Positions 31,297-34,789 of a stretch of 34,789 nt of DNA are shown here, piece by piece. The stretch spans positions 1-34,789 of the forward strand of contig JBJTWP010000031.1 of assembly GCA_046081805.1 (NCBI GenBank), written 5' to 3'. The notes beneath the pieces are model-generated. The model was not told the DNA's origin and made no database searches. It worked only from the letters and a program-made list of their open reading frames with translations. The position numbers and the translations under genes are program-made. Each line of letters starts with the position of its first letter. Within the stretch, counting starts at the first letter, position 1. Origin of the DNA: Cyanobacteriota bacterium (GTDB lineage: Bacteria > Cyanobacteriota > Cyanobacteriia > PCC-6307 > Cyanobiaceae).

Positions 31297-34200
31297 TCAG
31301 GCGCTGAAATAGCGGGCCTTGCTGTGGAGGGCCACCAGGGCCGTAGTGCTCTGCTCAGGTTCCAGCTGATCGCTCTCGTCCATGGACAGACCAATGCGCT
31401 CGGCGCCGAGCCAGGCCAGTTGTGGGCGTGAATCAGCCACATTCGGGCAGGCTGGGTAGCCAAAGGAATAACGGCTGCCGCGATAGCGCTGGGCCAGCAC
31501 ATCCCGCAGGGACATGGCAGCTGGATCTCCGTGGCCCAGTTCCTGACGCAGGCGGGCATGGGTCCACTCAGCCAGTGCCTCCGCCATCTGCACGGCGAGG
31601 CCGTGGAAATAGAGATAGTCGCTGTACTGATCGCCCTGGAAGAGCTGCTGGGCAAAGCTGGTGGCCCGCTCACCCATGGTGACGGCCTGCATCGGCAACA
31701 CATCGCTGGGCAGCGGCTGGCCACTGGGGCCGGCGGCCAGATCGCGGTAGAAATCGGCGATGCAATAGCGGTTGCCGGAGCGCTGACGCGGCAGCACGAA
31801 GCGTCCCAGCTGACGACTTGCCCCGCCAGGTGCGGCTCCGACGGCCAGGCCCTCGGGGTCGAACACCACCACGGCATTGCCGCTGCGACCGCAGGGGAAA
31901 TACCCATAGGCCACCCGGGGAGTGAGCAGTGACTCCTCCAGGCAGCGCTGCATCCAGTGCTGCAGCACCGGCTCGGCCTTCTCCACCAGCAGGGCCTCAT
32001 ACGCTTCGCGGCTCTGCTGCTGGGTCTTGCGCAGCTGCCACTGGCCGGCGAACAGGGCGTTGCGATCCAGATAGGCAAACACGTCTTCCAGGTTGATCTC
32101 GTGCTCGGTAAGCACCCTGGTGCCCCAGAAGGGGGGTGTCAGGGCAGGCTCCTCCGGCACGGCCGCCGAGCGATGCTCATTCGGTTCCGGCCCAGCGTCG
32201 GCAGCCACCGCTGCCAAGCCTGGCGCTGGCGTGGAATCGTCGGCTGAAGAGGGCGCGGCTGTGGGGGCGTCGCTGGCCTCAGGGGCTGCGGCGGCCGCCG
32301 CGCCAGCCCCATCGATCAACCCCAGGCCCTCCGGGATTCCGTTCAGGAAACCCCGTCGGTCGTCCCAGCTTCCGCTGGTCTTGGCTTCCATCAACGCATC
32401 CATGAAGCGCAGATCGGCAAAGGCATCCCGGCCATACACCACCTGCCCCCGGTAGGCAGCGCGGCAGTCGCCATGCACAAAACGCGGCGTGAGGGCAGCC
32501 CCACCCAGGATCACGGGCACGGAGATGCCGGCGTCGTTGAAAGCTTCCAGGTTGTCCTTCATGAAGGCGGTCGACTTCACCAGCAGACCGCTCATGGCGA
32601 TGCAGTCGGCGTTGTGCTGCCGCTGGGCCTCGATGATCGCTTCACAGCTCTGCTTGATGCCGAGGTTGATCACCTCATAGCCATTGTTGGTGAGGATAAT
32701 ATCCACGAGGTTCTTGCCAATGTCATGCACATCGCCTTTCACGGTGGCGATCAGGAACTTACCCTTTGCTGAACTCTGGTTGGTGCCATCTGGCCCCTCC
32801 AGCGTCTCCATGTGGGGTTCGAGCTGGGCCACGGCCGCCTTCATGGTTTCCGCGCTCTGCAACACAAACGGCAGTTGCATCTGGCCACTGCCGAACAGTT
32901 CGCCCACCACTTTCATGCCATCGAGCAGGAAGGTGTTGATGATCTGCAGGGGCGGATAGCTCTGCAATGCCTCTTCCAGGGCCGACTCCAGGCCGATGCG
33001 CTCCCCATCGATGATGTGCTGCCTGAGCCGTTCCTCCAGCGGCAGATCGGCCAGGGAGGGACCTGAGGCGCGGGCCACCTTGGCACTCACCCCTTCAAAC
33101 AGGGAGGTGAGGGCGGTGAGCGGATCGTAGGTGCAGATCGCTCCGGGTTGGTCGCTCTCAAAGCGGCGGCGGTCGTGGATCAAGTCCAGACACACCTGCT
33201 GGTGCTCCTCGCTGATCTTGGCCAGGGGCAGGATCTTGGCCGGACTCACGATCGCGGCGTCCAGGCCGGCCTGGCAGCACGCATGGAGAAACACCGAATT
33301 GAGCACGATCCGGGCCGCCGGGGAAAGGCCGAAGCTCACGTTGCTCACCCCGAGCACCACATGCACACCGGGCAGCAGCTTGCGAATCTCGCGAATCGCC
33401 TCCACGGTGGCGGCGCCGTTGCCGCGGTCCTCCTCGATGCCGGTGGAAATCGGCAGGGCGAGCGGGTCGTAGAAGATCTCGTGGGCCGGGATGCCGAATT
33501 CAAGGGCGTCGCGGTAGGCGCGCTGGGCGATGGCAAATTTCTTCTCCGCCGTACGGGCCATGCCGTCTTCATCGATGGTGCCAACCACCACCCCGGCGCC
33601 GTAGCGCTTGGCCAGCTCCAGCACCTTGAAGAAGCGTTCAGGGCCGTCTTCGTAATTGGTGGAGTTGAGGATGCACTTGCCGCCGGCCACCTTCAGGCCG
33701 GCCTCCATCTTCTGCCACTCGGTGGAGTCGAGCATCAGCGGCAGGTTCACATTGGTGACCAGCCGGCTCACCAGCTCGTGCATGTCGCGCTCGCCGTCGC
33801 GACCCACATAGTCGACGTTCACGTCGAGCACGTGGGCATTCTCCTTCACCTGGCTGCGGGCTACAGCCACCAGGCCATCCCAGTCTTCCTCCGCCAGCAG
33901 TTCCCGCACCTTCTTGCTGCCGCTGGCGTTGAGGCGTTCGCCGATGATCAGGAAGGAATTGTCCTGGTGGTAGGGCGTGGTGCCGTAGATCGAAGCGGCC
34001 GCAGGCTCCAGCTGCAGCAACGGCCGCGGGCCCGCCTCGCCGTGGGGATCCGGGGGCAGATCGGAGCGGCGCACCGGGCGTGGCTCGGCGTGGAGCTCGG
34101 TGGAGAGTTCGCTCAGGGCCTGGATATGGGCTGGGGTGGTGCCGCAGCAGCCGCCGATCACCTGCACCCCCAGGTCTTCGACGAAGTGCATCAGCTGCAT

Positions 34201-34789
34201 CTTCATTTCCACCGGGGTGAGCCGGTAGTGGGCCACGCCGCCGATGTTCTCGGGCAGCCCCGCATTGGGGATGCAGCTCACCACGAAGGGGCTGTGGGCA
34301 CTGAGGTAGCGGATGTGCTCCTTCATCTGCTCCGGACCGGTGGCGCAGTTCAGGCCGAGCACGTCGATCGGGAACGGCTCTAGAATTGCCACCACGGCGG
34401 CGATGTCTGAGCCCACCAGCATCGTGCCGGTGGTTTCCATGGTGACGCTCACCATCAGTGGCCGCCGCTGACCGGTGTGGGTGAAGGCATCCTCGATGCC
34501 CTGCAGGGCTGCCTTGATCTGCAGCACGTCCTGGCACGTTTCCACGATGAACAGATCCACATCGCCGGCCAGCAGACCCTCGGCCTGCTCCTGGAACGAG
34601 GCGCGCATCGTGTCGAAGTCCACGTGGCCCAGGGTGGGCAGCTTGGTGGTGGGCCCCATGGAACCGGCCACGAAGCGGGGCTTCTCCGGCGAGGAATAGG
34701 CGTCAGCCATCTGGCGAGCCAGTTCCGCCGCCTTCCTGTTGATGGCAAAGGCCTGATCGGCGATGTCGTATTCGGCAAGCACCAGCGAG
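31297..34789 (-). CDS. metH: Cobalamin-dependent methionine synthase (5' end beyond window)
   Basis: The frame is open to the window edge and covers the Hcy domain ([11 protein letters not shown]), the pterin-binding domain, the B12-binding domain ([27 protein letters not shown]) and the AdoMet-activation domain (...[10 protein letters not shown]...). The stop is TGA (complement 31297-31299). Confidence 0.95.
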   Translation of the reverse strand, partial: SLVLAEYDIADQAFAINRKAAELARQMADAYSSPEKPRFVAGSMGPTTKLPTLGHVDFDTMRASFQEQAEGLLAGDVDLFIVETCQDVLQIKAALQGIEDAFTHTGQRRPLMVSVTMETTGTMLVGSDIAAVVAILEPFPIDVLGLNCATGPEQMKEHIRYLSAHSPFVVSCIPNAGLPENIGGVAHYRLTPVEMKMQLMHFVEDLGVQVIGGCCGTTPAHIQALSELSTELHAEPRPVRRSDLPPDPHGEAGPRPLLQLEPAAASIYGTTPYHQDNSFLIIGERLNASGSKKVRELLAEEDWDGLVAVARSQVKENAHVLDVNVDYVGRDGERDMHELVSRLVTNVNLPLMLDSTEWQKMEAGLKVAGGKCILNSTNYEDGPERFFKVLELAKRYGAGVVVGTIDEDGMARTAEKKFAIAQRAYRDALEFGIPAHEIFYDPLALPISTGIEEDRGNGAATVEAIREIRKLLPGVHVVLGVSNVSFGLSPAARIVLNSVFLHACCQAGLDAAIVSPAKILPLAKISEEHQQVCLDLIHDRRRFESDQPGAICTYDPLTALTSLFEGVSAKVARASGPSLADLPLEERLRQHIIDGERIGLESALEEALQSYPPLQIINTFLLDGMKVVGELFGSGQMQLPFVLQSAETMKAAVAQLEPHMETLEGPDGTNQSSAKGKFLIATVKGDVHDIGKNLVDIILTNNGYEVINLGIKQSCEAIIEAQRQHNADCIAMSGLLVKSTAFMKDNLEAFNDAGISVPVILGGAALTPRFVHGDCRAAYRGQVVYGRDAFADLRFMDALMEAKTSGSWDDRRGFLNGIPEGLGLIDGAGAAAAAAPEASDAPTAAPSSADDSTPAPGLAAVAADAGPEPNEHRSAAVPEEPALTPPFWGTRVLTEHEINLEDVFAYLDRNALFAGQWQLRKTQQQSREAYEALLVEKAEPVLQHWMQRCLEESLLTPRVAYGYFPCGRSGNAVVVFDPEGLAVGAAPGGASRQLGRFVLPRQRSGNRYCIADFYRDLAAGPSGQPLPSDVLPMQAVTMGERATSFAQQLFQGDQYSDYLYFHGLAVQMAEALAEWTHARLRQELGHGDPAAMSLRDVLAQRYRGSRYSFGYPACPNVADSRPQLAWLGAERIGLSMDESDQLEPEQSTTALVALHSKARYFSA

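Noticed and set aside
33148-34383. 411-aa plus-strand ORF. Similar plus-strand ORFs lie inside metH, and comparable ones lie inside pheT (17980..19023) and the SpoIID/PhzF region (7407..8564, 6351..7175).
   Set aside because: All lie opposite genes with strong family motifs and have G/A/R/H/V/L-rich compositions characteristic of antisense frames in GC-rich genomes.
1-34789. Search for CRISPR arrays, rRNA genes, IS elements with terminal inverted repeats, or long (>30 bp) dispersed repeats.
   Set aside because: None were seen. The only repeats are the short tandem or phased repeats listed as features, which lack the regular repeat-spacer architecture of CRISPR.

Overview
This window reads as a high-GC (roughly two-thirds G+C) picocyanobacterial chromosome segment, Synechococcus/Cyanobium-like. 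The taxon call rests on apcD, psb32, pxcA, a CCB-family gene and DUF3370. I call about 31 protein-coding genes, two gene remnants and one tRNA(CAU). Most are tightly packed core housekeeping genes: gpsA, apcD, an rlmD-like methyltransferase, pheT, rpmG-rpsR, an RNase II-family gene, metG, pxcA, cobU, trmL and metH (truncated at the right edge). I found no rRNA, CRISPR array, intact IS element or prophage. I did not recognise a complete new multi-gene system, and everything below rests on reading the sequence and remembered family motifs without any database search. Five things are unexplained and worth follow-up. (1) A ~1.0 kb stretch (13368-14403) has no credible ORF; it has patchy composition, stacked hairpins, a pure pyrimidine tract and periodic short repeats, and sits in an otherwise gap-free region. 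(2) The left 1.6 kb has lower GC (~53%) and looks like a decayed island: a partial LRR protein, a frameshifted Phd/YefM antitoxin, a PIN-like stub and a weak recombinase-like fragment. Next to it lie an AraC regulator, an orphan ArdC-like gene and a very acidic 75-aa protein. (3) A group-3 sigma factor is followed by a DUF3370 secreted protein and a protein that appears to fuse a ribbon-helix-helix N-terminus to a C-terminal J-domain. (4) The last ~360 nt of pxcA show an abrupt drop in GC and in third-position GC. (5) A hairpin abuts the pheT start codon in the pheT/rpmG divergent spacer.
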